Of a stretch of DNA of 35,424 nt, positions 22,381 to 35,082 are shown in pieces. The stretch is taken from contig NMRA01000135.1 of NCBI GenBank assembly GCA_002633005.1, forward strand, positions 366,877-402,300, in the 5' to 3' direction. Numbering within the stretch: the stretch's first letter is position 1; each line of letters opens with the position of its first letter. The translations under genes and the position numbers were made by a program. The stretch comes from Phoronis australis (taxonomy: Eukaryota; Animalia; Phoronida). The notes under the pieces were generated by a model, which made no database searches, was not told the origin of the DNA, and was given only the letters and a program-made list of their open reading frames with translations.

Positions 22381-22689
22381 CACAACGGAAGCAATGACCA
22401 TAACCTCCATAATAAGCTCCAGGTATTCCATCATCGTAATCACTTCCGTCTTCATCATCGTCATCATCAGAGTTATGAAAACTGTAACTACTAGAGTTAC
22501 CAAGACCGGGCGATTCATCGTCATCCAACTCATCATCGCTGCCATCGTCCAGAACAACCACCTCATTCGCTACGTTGTCGTCGCCGATAACAATAAGTTC
22601 ACTGGAGAGGGCAGGGTTGTTACTAGCAGAGCTGAGGTTGGTATTGGCTTGTGGTTTAGTGTCAGTATTGTCTGTGGCTTTACCAACTC
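22381..22689 (-). CDS. RNF8: RNF8-like E3 ligase, acidic/low-complexity exon
   Basis: atgcag acceptor, G|gtaagt donor, phase 1-1; GVGKATDN...ELIVIGDD..EVVVLDDGSDDELDDDES...YYGGYGHCFRC; part of ORF 22349-22735. Confidence 0.85.
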
Positions 22690-23427
22690 CTGCATGGTTG
22701 TAACATAAAAGAAGACCAATCAAACACATCTCCACAGAAATACCATTTGCTTGAGAGACGTTTTATACTGTATTATGTCCATATAAAAAATAATGGCTTT
22801 TTCAAAGAATAATTGTACTCCAATGTTTTACTTATAACCACATGCACTTCAGACATACATCTCTTGGCATATGTGCTTGTCTTAAACTGTACACTTTGTT
22901 TTCAGACATTAGACACATGTTACATTAAATTCATTTTAACACAACAAATAAGTCAAGTGTTACACACATTACAAACTTGCTTCTTGGTTTTTCTCAAATT
23001 TTTACTTGCAAGCAAACACACTGAATTTTGGACATAGGCACACTTCGCAGGCATATATAAATATACATATTACGTCAAAAATAACTATATCTTACACCAT
23101 AGAGCTTGTTGGAGAAAAACCTCTACTTTAACAGTAAAAATGCTCACATCGCACAATACAGTTTACAGTGTTCTTGCAACTAACTAAATGTACAATTTCC
23201 TCAGAAATAAACAGATCAAAATAAAACAGCTGCTGAATAGATTCACGTCTCACAATAACTTTGCTGTACCAAGGCATCATTTTGTGGATCTACACAAGAA
23301 TGGAATGCCTTGCCTGTGATAACGGAACAGTGCAGCTGCAGTGGCTTCAAACGCGAACTCATAAAATTCCTCAGTGATTAATTTGGCTACTGTGGCTGTC
23401 CCATCTCATTTTTTGTCTTTCATTTTA

Positions 23428-24903
23428 CCATATTCGCCCTAATAAGCACACAGGGCGCTTAGAAAAATTCGCATCAGGAAGGGAGACGCTTATTATAGCC
23501 CAAAATGGTTGAAACCCGGTCTCCGAAACAGGTGAAATCATAAGCTAGAATTCATGAAATTTACACTCTTTGACGCATCTGTAACCTATGACAGTTTCTA
23601 CAAAACTGCAGTGCATTGTTATCAAACTTTGTTGTTAAATTACAAGCATTTTTTAGAAAATCCCAGAGCAAAAACTCCCCGACTGATGCGTCGCTGCCTC
23701 CCAATCGCCCATAAGTAAACTTGAATTCTTGAGTAAAAATATAGTTTCGACTCAACAAATTACCTGAAGTCCATATTAAGTTTTCAAAATAGCGTCCCTA
23801 AGATTTTTAATTTCCTCTGTAGTCGGGATTAACTGCATATTAAGTCCAAATCTGCGCTAGATCGTACCCCGCAAACACGAGAAAAATCTCTGGACGAACA
23901 CACATGTTGTCATGTGACATATGTTTTGAAGTTCGTCTGCTTATTATGTGAGTGAGCGAGCGCGTGTGTCATCAGAGTTGATTTGCCAGAATAAATGCGA
24001 CGTAACAAGTGCAACTAAAGTAATTAACACATAAACAAACAGTAAAGCAGAACGTGTTTTATTTAGCACTTGGTGATCTCATCTGTTAAAAACATTAGAG
24101 AATTGTCTGTGTAAGGCCGATATTGAGTCGCCAGGTGACTGGACGCGTGACAGTCTAACGGTTATTTTTCGGGAGATTCAGGGGGTGTAAGAGTACGGAA
24201 GTTTTCACTATCAATGGGTCATTTTGACTTTTAAAACACCAATTAACGATTAATTAAATAATTCCTCTTAAAAATAACGCAAATGTTTTTCAAGGTATTA
24301 AAAACTTTCCGAAATAAGTGCCAGTATTTATTTCTTCTCAATGCTAAGCTACCCGTTTCATGAATAGATAGTTCCCGAAGGCTAATCTTCGATGACAGGT
24401 ACTTGTATGTAACGAGCGCTTCGTGGCCACGTGCTTTAACAAAGGTCAAGTTTTTATTGATCTCTGATTCAGTTTTCACGTATACACAGAAATTTGGATT
24501 CCTGATGAGTGAGAAGATCTGTACGGGAAAGATACAATACAATCCCTTTGACAAGTACGCTGCTTCTGTTCTGAAAGGCCAGACCATAATAGGACACGTC
24601 CCTCGCAAGATCAGCCAAACTTTAGCCCTCTTTTTGAAGTACGGCAGAAGTTTGAAGCGTATAGTCACGACTACATACCGACATGGCGGTGAGGCTCGTG
24701 GTCTACAAATTCAGCGCACAATCATTTTCAGGACTATCGGATCTTATTGATAAATTGAAGACATCACTGCAGAATTTTAGAACTGTAGGTAAGGCATTTT
24801 TTTCGCAAGTACATGGTGTTAAGGACTGGTGCTTATTTTAGCAAAGTTTGAAAACACGTAGGGGCGCTTATAGGGGAATGGGCGCTTATTAGGGCGAGTA
24901 CGG
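23428..24903 (+). mobile_element. TA-flanked TIR DNA transposon derivative (Tc1/mariner-pogo-like ends)
   Basis: TIRs CCATATTCGCCCTAATAAGC / GCTTATTAGGGCGAGTACGG (2 mismatches in 20), TA on both sides; no transposase ORF visible. Confidence 0.85.
24465..24720 (+). pseudogene. Decayed HIRAN-like domain inside the TIR element
   Basis: One frame gives FHVYTEIWIPDE*EDLYGK; the ORF-track frame gives NPFDKYAASVLKGQTIIGHVPRKISQTLALFLKYG; together these match HIRAN motifs, with one stop and a frameshift. Confidence 0.7.
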
Positions 24904-25562
24904 TATTTTTTTTACTTAAAATTGTAATCTTATAAATAAATTAAATTATGTCTTAATTATTTAAATTTATTTATTTATTCAGTTTACTAATTTTATAAAT
25001 TATAGAGGACCATGCGTATATTAAGCCCTTGGTAAGCACATTTTGTATATGCAAATGATCCTCATTAAATAGTCTATAATAATAATAATAAACCTACTTA
25101 AGCTCTGACCACACTCTAACTGAAAGTCCAGTGCCAGGTTGCATGAAACAATCCCTAATAGGGACTCAACTAAGACTAAAACCTAAGGCATATTTTTGGA
25201 CTTGTGAAAACATTGATTGCCCTTTCTTGTATTATTACATAGTCAACTTTTGACTTTGCTACATATCGAGAGTCAATATTATTGAAAATATTTAGGGATC
25301 TTTTCATGCAACACCCCCTATTCAAGGACTGAGTCCCTAATTATTTTCGATGAGCTCTGGGTTTATTATTAGAAAATGTCATTAATCAAGGAGGAGCTCA
25401 TGAAACGATAGAAACATTGCATCTGTGATTCCATTAAAGACAAAAATACGCAAAGACTTAGGGACCTTAGTTGAGTCCCTATTTGGGACTGTTTCATGCA
25501 ACCGACCACTGAACCCCCAATACGACACAGAAAATATTGCAACATCTACAACCAAAGCTCAC

Positions 25563-25767
25563 CAGTTCTCGACTGCACAAGTTCTTTGCGTCTGTTTTGC
25601 AACTCCTCACTAAGTTTGCTGACCATGGTGTCTATATAGCTGTCCAACACAATGGACCGTAAATGAGACGTGATCTTGGCTCGACAGTTTGGACACTCTT
25701 TCTTTCTCTTCATCCATGTAGTGATACATAGCTCACAGAATGAGTGAGAGCAGTTTAGTGAAGTCGC
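25563..25767 (-). CDS. RNF8: RNF8-like E3 ligase, RING exon
   Basis: tttccacag acceptor, G|gtgagc donor; ATSLNCSHSFCELCITTWMKRKKECPNCRAKITSHLRSIVLDSYIDTMVSKLSEELQNRRKELVQSRT, recognisably like the vertebrate RNF8 RING and following helix (LNCAHSFC..CI..WMKRK.ECP.CR...S.VLD). Confidence 0.95.
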
Positions 25768-26138
25768 CTGTGGAAAGTAATTGTACTAAGTCTAGAAAAA
25801 GGTCCAACAGTGATGTTGAAGTGAGTAACGGAGAGCAGGAGAATCAAAAGAAATGCGTACAGAATTTTCCACAGCAGGAAATTCAATCTTGAAAGGAATA
25901 CATGTTCAAAGGCTATGTAACTGCCAATAACACTGAATTTCTAAAGAATTTTAGTCTATGTAAGCCCTGCAGTTTTTTAAGTCATTCCTTTGAAAAAGAA
26001 TAACGCAGTTTATTTGAAATGTTGGGATCATTTCATCTTGTAATTTCACTTTACATGGTGAACCAAAAGACCTCAACATTTAAGGTGCTGTTACACCAAC
26101 ATTTATCCTCTGCACACTACACAAAAGCATCCATCTAC

Positions 26139-26459
26139 CTTGACAAACAGTTCATTGCAAATACTACACTGCAGTTCCGTTTCCAACACATCTTCAAAGT
26201 TGGCCAGCACATCTTCCCTTGCCTTCAACATGCTCTCTCGCTGTTTCTCATTCTCAATCTTGGTGTCGTTCAACTGACTCTCTAACACTTTCTGATTGGC
26301 CTCTTTGGTAGCGATCACTTTCTCCAAGTTTTCCTTCTGCAGTAGCAGCTCCTGTTCCAGACGCTTGTCTTTCTCTTCTAGTTTTCTGGCCATCTCTTGT
26401 TGAAGACTATCCTCAACTCGCTTTTTCTCTGACTGAAGGTCATCCATTTGTTTTTGCAT
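26139..26459 (-). CDS. RNF8: RNF8-like E3 ligase, coiled coil plus start of RING
   Basis: ctttcag acceptor, AAG|gtagat donor, phase 0-0; ends DVLETELQCSICNELFVK, completing a C3HC4 RING with the next exon. Confidence 0.95.
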
Positions 26460-26751
26460 CTGAAAGATTTTTTAAAAACATGAGCACAACTCTGGAAATT
26501 GCTTTCGCATTATATCCAGTTTCTCATTCACTCCTCTGCACATATTCATTAGCAAGACCGAGCTCATAAGAGTAGGAGAAACCTTTGTGCAATGATCGAT
26601 TGTCAGCTAGAAAAACCAGGATTTGAACTTTGGTCTCCCCTGAAATATGAATAGGCCCGCACCAAATTCATCCAATGTCTCAAACTTTTCTTTTCAAAAT
26701 ACACACAAACACACACAAGCAAGGTTTTAAACGCCATGGTTTGCCAGGACA

Positions 26752-27072
26752 ACACAAGTAAAGGCAATCAAATGTCATGTTAACTGAACATCAGTCCATA
26801 CCTCATATTTGAGTCTAAAAACTTATTCCCTTGAAAAGATTCTTGCAGCCGTTTTCTTATAACACAAGTTTTACTAATAATACTGACACCTACAGTGTGA
26901 AGCGCTTTTGACACAAGTAAAGGCAATCAAATGTCATGTTAACTGAACATCAGTCCATACCTCATATTTGAGTCTAAAAACTTATTCCCTTGAAAAGATT
27001 CTTGCAGCCGTTTTCTTATAACACAAGTTTTACAAATAATACTGACACCTACAGTGTGAAGCGCTTTTGACA
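26752..27072. repeat. 159-bp direct duplication next to an assembly N
   Basis: acacaagtaaaggcaatc at 26752 and 26911. Confidence 0.9.
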
Positions 27073-27074
27073 NT

Positions 27075-27480
27075 TGACAGTGATATACAAATAATACTGA
27101 CACCTACAGTGCAAAGCGCTTTTGACAGTGATATACAAATAATACTGACACCTACAGTGCAAAGCGCTTTTGACAGTGATATACAAATAATACTGACACC
27201 TACAGTGCAAAGCGCTTTTGACAGTGATATACAAATAATACTGACACCTACAGTGCAAAGCGCTTATGACAGTGATATACAAATAATACTGACACCTACA
27301 GTGCAAAGCGCTTTTGACAGTGATATACAAATAATACTGACACCTACAGTGCAAAGCGCTTATGACAGTGATATACAAATAATACTGACACCTACAGTGC
27401 AAAACGCTTTTGACAGTGATATACAAATAATACTGACACCTACAGTGTGAAGCGCTTTTGACACAGTGACATACAAATAC
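27075..27480. repeat. 48-bp minisatellite, about 8.5 copies
   Basis: Unit TGACAGTGATATACAAATAATACTGACACCTACAGTGCAAAGCGCTTT; explains the repetitive ORFs on both strands. Confidence 0.97.
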
Positions 27481-27905
27481 AATGAATCAACTGAACTCAA
27501 AATTCACGACACTAAGGACAAATGGAAGTTCCATCAGTAGAAACAAACACAAAGGTTTTATCCTTTTATTTTGATACATATGTTTTGGATTCACGATAAA
27601 ATCTCACCAATTTCGGACACAATGGCAGACAAGAAACGTTTTGTTTTCACTTCTTCATAAGATACAAGTAATATATACTTTGTCATTTTCAAGTTCTATA
27701 TCTTAGCAGTCCTATATCTTAGCTACAAGCAGACACTGTTTTGTGGGCATTCGCAACAATATTAGAAAAGTTTTTTAAAACGAAAAACAATCCAACTGGT
27801 TAGATTTCAATATTGCATAATGTGCTGCGTTAACTAAATAAAGTGATCATGTGGACTGAAAACTCTTCAAAGCTCCAGTCAGTGATGACAACAAGTTATA
27901 ATAAC

Positions 27906-28001
27906 CTGTTCTTTTAGAGAGTCCTCTTTCTGCTTCAGTTCTTCTTCCAGAGCTATTTTCATTTTCTCCTCAAATTCTCGTCGCTCTTTATCTAACCGTT
28001 C
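27906..28001 (-). CDS. RNF8: RNF8-like E3 ligase, coiled-coil exon (most 5' exon found)
   Basis: ttattacag acceptor, ERLDKERREFEEKMKIALEEELKQKEDSLKEQ, CAG|gttata; phase 0-0. Confidence 0.85.
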
Positions 28002-30002
28002 CTGTAATAAAACGTAGTTGGTACAGTCAAACAGCCTAGGGGTCTGTTGCTATAGAAACTGACTTAAGTTCATTTTTGACTTATTAAAATAAGTCAAATT
28101 GTCTTAACTTCCAAACATTGAAACAAAACTTACATCAAAAACTTAAGTATCAGTCCACGGATCCACCGACAATACAGCCAACAAGCGGCAAGGGGGGGGG
28201 GGTCAACCATTAAGAACCAAGTTTAGTCTAATAAATCACATTAGGGATGAGAGAAATTTGGTAAAGTATGACACCACAAAGTCTGTTGGTTTAGGACATA
28301 CTAGGGTAGTCTTCTAGGGGGCAAAACGAGGCAATTTCTTGATGCGTAATGAGTCACTTTTGACTACATTTTTACTGCAGTTTCTGCTTCAAACAGAATC
28401 ATTTCTGAATAATTTTGATATCAAATGATAGGTTCATGACCAATGTAAACAAAAATGGCACCGACACTAAAATATCGGTTACCATGGTAACACTGGAGCT
28501 GTTTCTGTGGAGGTTCATTTCATGCTTGTGAAAAACCAGCAGTAAGTTATACCCTTATAGCGAAGCTGTCCCCAGAGAAAACTGAAAATAATAAGATGGG
28601 CATGTAGAAGACTCCATGCCCTTGAAATTAATACAAAAAAACTTTGTCAGCCCTTCATACAGGCTTGATAATAGAAGTCTATTTTCAGACCACACATCTG
28701 TGTATTTGTCATGTGAAACCAGTCACTAGTTGTGCGCCATTTGTACACATTAAAATGCCGTGGTATAATACTACAATTAATTGGCTTGCTTAAATGTTTT
28801 AAATTAATTTTAGGGATGCAAGCAGTTCCCACTACAATATGAAATTATACTTGATTTGTTCATCTAACTCACTGAATACCAAACTAAAGCATACAATATG
28901 CCTTAGTTGAATGATGGCTGCAAGTTTGCGAACCTGAAAATTGAGTATTTTCACAAATTGCCAACAGAACAACTTTGAAAACTCTTGGGAAATGCACAAG
29001 GAACTTAGCGAGACATTTGAGAACCGTAGAAAAGTGAGGGGAGGTGATATGAAGGTGGAACGTGTCTTCCCGAGTAGTCTATCTGCCTCGCAGAGGTGCA
29101 GCAGGAGCTAGACAATCTAACGTAGTAGATTCCCTTGCATCGATAGAACCCTAGACATGTATTGGCGTTGCCAAAGACACTAAGCACATCCACTCCTCAC
29201 AAGAGGTAAAATCCGAAAGAGGTCTGAAAAATGACCAAAGACGTAAAATCAAGGTTCAATGTCCTGCTTCGCCTGTGAGAGCTCAAGTAGGAATCACCAA
29301 ACTCCAGGGTCTGACTCTGAGGAATATTTTTAGGAGCACGTCAATCATGCATGAATACTTTTATTGACGCACCATAATTGCATAGAACTTGGGCCTTATT
29401 GCTTAATCGTATCTTATTTAAAATGTCATGAAATATATGCAGTGTATTGTTACACGACTACATGACTGCAGAGGTGAACAACTGAACAAAATGAATGGCA
29501 TGCCAACAGTGTAAGCAATATCCTGGTTAATATGTTTGGTTAAGTTCATCACTTTTGTTACAGGCATAGGACTGCAACAGGTACCCGATAACACAGAACT
29601 GTTGTCCTGAGCTGTCATTTGCGGTTGTGATCCTCAAATCTTTCTCTTCAGTTCCAATAACGATAAGCGCCACTTAATGGCCAGTACGTTTACTAAACTA
29701 AAATTATGTTCCATTAACACAGAAAATAGGTAGTCAGCATAACTTTTCATAATAACCACCAAACGTATTTAAACATTTTACATGACTTTAAGCTAATAAA
29801 AACCAGGATGGTAGTGAACTCTGGTGGGGACATCTTGTACGGTTGTATCGGGGATTTCAGACGGTCTTGCTAAAAACTGCTTAGCAAATAAAAAGTATAC
29901 AGTGGCTGCTACTCAAGCACACTAGAGTAACCACCTCTATTGAGGCTCTGTTGTTTTCGTTTTGGTTGATCCCTATAGCCTATGACTGTGAACATGCTGC
30001 TG

Positions 30003-30275
30003 CCCCCTAAAATTCTCCCAGATACCATTTGGCAGTTCGGGGTGCGAATTGCTGACTATAGCATCTGCGTGCACCCAGGGTGGCTCGGGAGCGAATGCAC
30101 AATGCATAGGCCTTGAACAAACTCCGTTTATCTTTTTTTCAGTAATAAGGTCAACAAACCCAAAAATTTGAGACCCCTGGATCCTTACATTTTAGGCTGG
30201 GCGCGTGCATGTGGCGAAATTCTGATTATTCCTGTGCCCTGGCCCCGCCTAACGCAAAATCCTGGATCCGCCCCT
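30003..30275. mobile_element. Truncated copy of the hAT-like MITE family (right end)
   Basis: Aligns to about 5568-5865; ends CTGGATCCGCCCCTG. Confidence 0.75.
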
Positions 30276-30295
30276 GGCTTCAGTCTGAACAAAAT

Positions 30296-30825
30296 TCTTA
30301 CCATTCGAGTCTGAAATATCAACGACGTAGACTAACTGTTGGCGATAAAGGAGCTGCACGCGGCTAGCTACGGGCATGGAACATCGAGCTTGGGGAACAT
30401 AGAGGGGGGGGGAATATCGGAACAGACAATTTTGGGAATATTGGAACGGAGGAATATCATAAAGCACTGGGTCTTTTATAACAACAGCTTAAAAGAACAC
30501 AGTTCCGCCGCTATATTATTTTAGTTAGGACTGTCGCTGTTCTCTTTTGATGTGCGACCTTGTGGTCGGGTACACGCGCGTAAGTTCCCACACTCTGTAG
30601 TGCACATTACATTGACATCAAGATATGTGACAGGTGACTACTAGACATGCGTGCTGAATCTCGCCGCTGTCTTTTGTCATAAAAAACAAGACGCATATTG
30701 AAAGAGGCCGTTATATTACATGACGGCATTTCCAAGTCACGATTGTCAGTAGGGGACATTGCGCACAAACAGCGGGACCGGCCAGTGCCGGTGTGCGATA
30801 TTGCAGGTGATAGTATAATAGGATA
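30296..30825. repeat. Interspersed repeat, copy 1 (partner 32120-32660)
   Basis: Shared blocks ccattcgagtctgaaatatc, gccgctatatt, ctgtcgctgttctcttttga, ggccgttatattac. Confidence 0.85.
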
Positions 30826-31240
30826 CAGTGGCGAATTTGGGGGGGGTCAAGGCATGCGCGCACCCAGCCTTTAATATGAGGGAGCTCGAATTTCTGGCGA
30901 TGTGGACCTTTTGCTGACAAAAATGCGGAAGGACTAAAAAAAAACGGGGTACCACCTTCACTGTGCATTTGTGCCTTTTCAGTGGACTTTTGTCTCATTT
31001 TCTGACTTTTTGTTTCTCTGAGGCGGACCTTTTTGCCCACTTCGCCAAATGGAGGAGCTCGTTTGAGCCCCTGAGCGAGTCCCCTGGGTGCGCGCATGCA
31101 AGGGGGCCATGGCCCCCCCCTAAAATTCTCCCAGATAACATTTGGCTTTGAACAAACCCTGTTTACCGTTTTTCTTAGTAATAAGGTCCGCAAACCCAAA
31201 AATTCGAGACCCCTGCATCCCTACATTTTAGGCTGGGCTG
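30826..31240. mobile_element. hAT-like MITE family copy (left end, 3'-truncated)
   Basis: Starts CAGTGGCGAATTTGGGG; shares tagtaataagg..aaattcgagacc..ctgcatccctac with 5528-6022. Confidence 0.75.
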
Positions 31241-31242
31241 CC

Positions 31243-31660
31243 ATGACATTTTTACCATCATTTGGCGACGTGACGATAAAGCTCTTTGAAAAGTGCTACG
31301 CATTCTGAGTATGTGTGTCGTGTGGAGACTCGGATCACGAGGTAAGATTAACCGCCCCGGGCGGTTGTCTGTCGTAATAAGTGCCCATGTTCGGTTAACC
31401 GCCCACCCACGATTTCTGGAAATTTCACGTTTAAGCGCCCATGTCTGGTTTACCGCCCATCCCCGAATTTTTGGCTCCCCAATTTAACCGCCCAGGGCGT
31501 TAACCCGAATGTTTACGTAAACGTGGATTTCGATTTAACCGCCCACTGCTCGGTTAACCGCCCCTCTGTGATTTTTGAAGATTTCCAGTTCAGCGTCCAC
31601 CTCTCGGTTAAACACCCATCCCCAACTTTTGAAGATTGGTGATTACGCGCCCAGTGCTAA
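31243..31660. mobile_element. TIR-element end with iterated TAACCGCCC/TAAGCGCCC motifs, copy 1
   Basis: 31243-31518 aligns with 33627-33900; further motif copies follow. Confidence 0.65.
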
Positions 31661-32119
31661 GGAAATGCGCGATTACCCATTTTTAGATAAAAATCGGTGA
31701 TAACAAAGAATGCAACGACAGCATCGGAGACGGTGGTTTGACAAGTGAATTATGATACAAGTAATAAATTATTGTCCCGCGTCATGCATTTGCTTCAAAA
31801 TGTAATACCTTGAAAGCTTTGTCACTTTATTTTCTTTCCATGTTCGCAAAACTAAGAACCCCGCCGGCTTCGATACCTAGGATCATCGATGCCGTCTGCC
31901 GCGCTAAGTTTCCGTGTGCAGTGCACTAGATAACATATATTCGAAAAAATAAAGCCAGAGAAACGTGAGAGTGGTCTTGCCAACACTCCTAATTCGCTTT
32001 CAGTGAGTTCTCGGATTTTGAAGAATTCCCTATACTTTGTGAATATTGTTTCAACCTACCTTTTAAGCCCTCCCGAATAATTTTGTTTCCTTATTGACTA
32101 GTTTCAGCCGGAACAAAAC

Positions 32120-32660
32120 CCTTCCCATTCGAGTCTGAAATATCTACGACTGACTGAAAATTGGCAGCAGTCGGGAGGGAGTAAACCCCTGGGGCCTAAG
32201 GAACATCGAGCCGCAAATTATCAGAACTGAGACATCGTGTCGCAGTTTTGGGTTTTTTTTTTAAACAGCAAGAGGCCCAAGTTCAGTGTCAAATAAACAC
32301 CCGGTCAGCTTAAACCTACACTCAAGCCGCTATATTCTTATTCTTAGTACTGTCGCTGTTCTCTTTTGAAGTGCGACTTTGGTGCGCGTGCGAATTCTCC
32401 CACCCTCTGGAGTGCAAGTTACCTCGACTGCATATATGAGAGACAGGTTACTCACATGCGCGTGCTCAATCCCGGAAAGAAGGTCTTAAGAATTTGTTTG
32501 CCACTGTCTTGCCATAAAAAAACGAGACGCAAATTGAAACAGGCCGTTATATTACTTGCTGCCATTTCCAAGTCGCGATCGTTTGCGAGGACATTGTGCG
32601 CAAACAGCAGGACCGAACAGTGTCGCAGTACGATATTGTAGGTGATATTACAATAGGACA
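32120..32660. repeat. Interspersed repeat, copy 2 (partner 30296-30825)
   Basis: See copy 1. Confidence 0.85.
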
Positions 32661-33626
32661 ATCTGGATGTCTTGCATGTAAAATAAAAATGTGTTTTTCC
32701 ACCACAAAATTTGGTAAGTTGATCGTTTAACGAATTGAATGAATACAAGCATCGCTGTTTTGTGACATTTTATCACATGTTTGCCGTGGTCCATATATTG
32801 GAAATTCCAGGTCGCATGTTACGACTAAATACAAGATGACTAAAATCTCGGCTCACACTTTCAAAATTCAGGTCACCAATGCGACCTGCAGCTCATTATG
32901 CCTAGCGCCGAGTCCCATTTGCAACAACACCGACTCAGTAAGGACGCTTTGCTCATTGTAACTCGCCAGTAATTTAGTCGTATAACAAACCACTGGTGTC
33001 AGTTACCCGAATAATGGGAGCTTCGTCTTCGAATTATTTTTACCGACGCAGGTACTTGTATGAACTACTTCTTTCTCAGACTCCACTGTGCGGGTTCATT
33101 AGACTCACCCCATTTATGGTGTTAGTATTTTTTAAAATTAAAATCTTAAGTACTTGTTTTTGAGTAATGCCTTTGCGGTAACTTTTGATTGACGACTGGC
33201 TTATGTCTGCCTACCTCTGCCGGGCGGTCAAAATAAAAGGGCCGCAGAGCCTTATGTGAAAATGTCATTGAATCACAGAGTCTCGAACATAGACATCCCA
33301 AACACACAAAAAAAAACACCTGAATTACTTTTTCAAATAATTTAAAACTGCTCTCTAACTCAGAACTTGACAACTATCATGTGACTTTGCTGTGACCAAT
33401 GCAGCACGTGAAGCTTGCACGCGCGCACTTTGCACTGTCATCACGTCAGTGAGGATAGGTGCAATCCAAGTGGAGCGCTGCATAGTCAGTGGTCGTCTGC
33501 ACTCTCTACAGGTACAGCTCTAACAAGACTGCAGGACGGCACAGGCTATTACTCAGCAATTTTGTAAATTTAACTGAAATGATTAATCTGACGGCAACAG
33601 AACCTTTGTTGGAATCATCCGCTGTT

Positions 33627-33900
33627 ATGACATTTTTACCGTCATTTGATTTGGCAACGTGGTGATAAAGCTCAGAAAAGAGCTATGGGTTCCAACTACG
33701 TGTTGGACTGGGATCATGAGGTAAGATTAACCGCCCACCCCGGTTGTCTGTCATAATAAGCGCCCATGTTCGGTTAACCACCCACCTGCGATTTCTTTAA
33801 ATTTCATGTTTAAGCGCCCATATATGGTTAATCGGCCACCCCCAATTTTTGGGGTTCGCCAATTTAACCGCCCAGGGCGTTAACTCGAACGTTTACGGTA
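33627..33900. mobile_element. TIR-element end, copy 2
   Basis: Ends GTTTACGG|TA, the same terminal type as the element at 23428-24903. Confidence 0.65.
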
Positions 33901-34305
33901 GTATTCCATATGTAACATAGATTTATTTACTAGATACAAAATTACAGCATACGTTTATTTGCAGCAAAAACAAGATGACCATGAAATCACTCAACTGCAA
34001 AGTGTAACTGGGATGAAATCGCATCCTCTTATTAAGCTGCTTTTCGATGACCAACATATCAGTGGAGAAATTGTGCACAGCAATGACCTACCACTAGACT
34101 TAACGGATAGCTTTCAGTCACTATTTATTGTCTCATTAAAATATCAGTGTTACAACTGCAACTACAAAGGTTACACACAACGCAGCGCAGCGAAGCTGGT
34201 AATAGCATCCTCATAAATTTGTACATGGATGGTTGTCTTGCATGACACGTCTATATTTGTACAATGCGGGGTCATTGTCTCACACGATGCGTCTATTCGA
34301 TTCCT

Positions 34306-35082
34306 TCACAGCAAATGCAGCTTGCTCACAGTCGACAATGTGTGACTGCTGACAGTCTGCGAGTGACGTCTGCGTACCACTGGGTCAGTGAACTCATGAC
34401 ATGGCGGTCGTGCATCAGGACATACCATGTCCATGTAATTTTGGCTTCTTGCAAGCACTTTACGACGATCAACCACGCAGTCGTAGTGACCACTGCTATG
34501 CCAGGCAATGACACAGGCTGGCCTTGAGATGTCAATGTTTCCATAGTAATGTACAGTTGTCGATACCGTAGGATTATCAGACGCTCCTCCCAGCGCAATA
34601 AAAATGTTGACGCGTAATAGTTTTGACAGCGCCATGATGCTTTCATAACCGCCCCATTCGCCGTCTTTCCTCAGTTGTCTCAGCTGCTGAACTATCCAAT
34701 CATTTGTCTTCACATCGGCGCAATCCGATGGTACTTCAAAGAAAACACGAAAGTCTGAAAGATGGCGCTCTATGTAATCCATAGTTTGCTTTCGCAGGTT
34801 GAAATGTTCTTCTTGAGTTCCATATATGGAGTAGGACACAGCCCGAAATAAGCAGTTACCATCTGGGATGACTTGATAGCGACGTAAATTGAACTTTGCA
34901 AGATATGCATCCTGCACTTCATATTCATTCAGTCGTGGCTCACTTGATCCACTGGAGCTATTGGTGCCACCATGGTTGTTATTGTCGTTCTCTTCGATAA
35001 AATCGCTGTGGTAACTGCTGCTACGGTGAAGACTGTCTCCAGACCTGAACACATGTCTACTACACTTGCTACATACCCCTGG
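34306..35082 (-). CDS. OTUD1: OTU-family deubiquitinase, OTUD1-like; 5' end uncertain
   Basis: QDAYL...RYQVIPDGNCLFRAVS (Cys box), DGEWGGYE, LRVNI..GG...PTVST..HY.G, AWHSSGHYD (His box); frame open from 35082 to the stop at 34306; the ORF-track start at 35052 is GTG and the first in-frame ATG lies after the catalytic Cys. Confidence 0.85.
   Translation of the reverse strand, partial: PGVCSKCSRHVFRSGDSLHRSSSYHSDFIEENDNNNHGGTNSSSGSSEPRLNEYEVQDAYLAKFNLRRYQVIPDGNCLFRAVSYSIYGTQEEHFNLRKQTMDYIERHLSDFRVFFEVPSDCADVKTNDWIVQQLRQLRKDGEWGGYESIMALSKLLRVNIFIALGGASDNPTVSTTVHYYGNIDISRPACVIAWHSSGHYDCVVDRRKVLARSQNYMDMVCPDARPPCHEFTDPVVRRRHSQTVSSHTLSTVSKLHLL

Noticed and set aside
27049-27450. Repetitive ORFs on both strands
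   Set aside because: By-product of a 48-bp minisatellite in an RNF8 intron; spans an N and has no splice support
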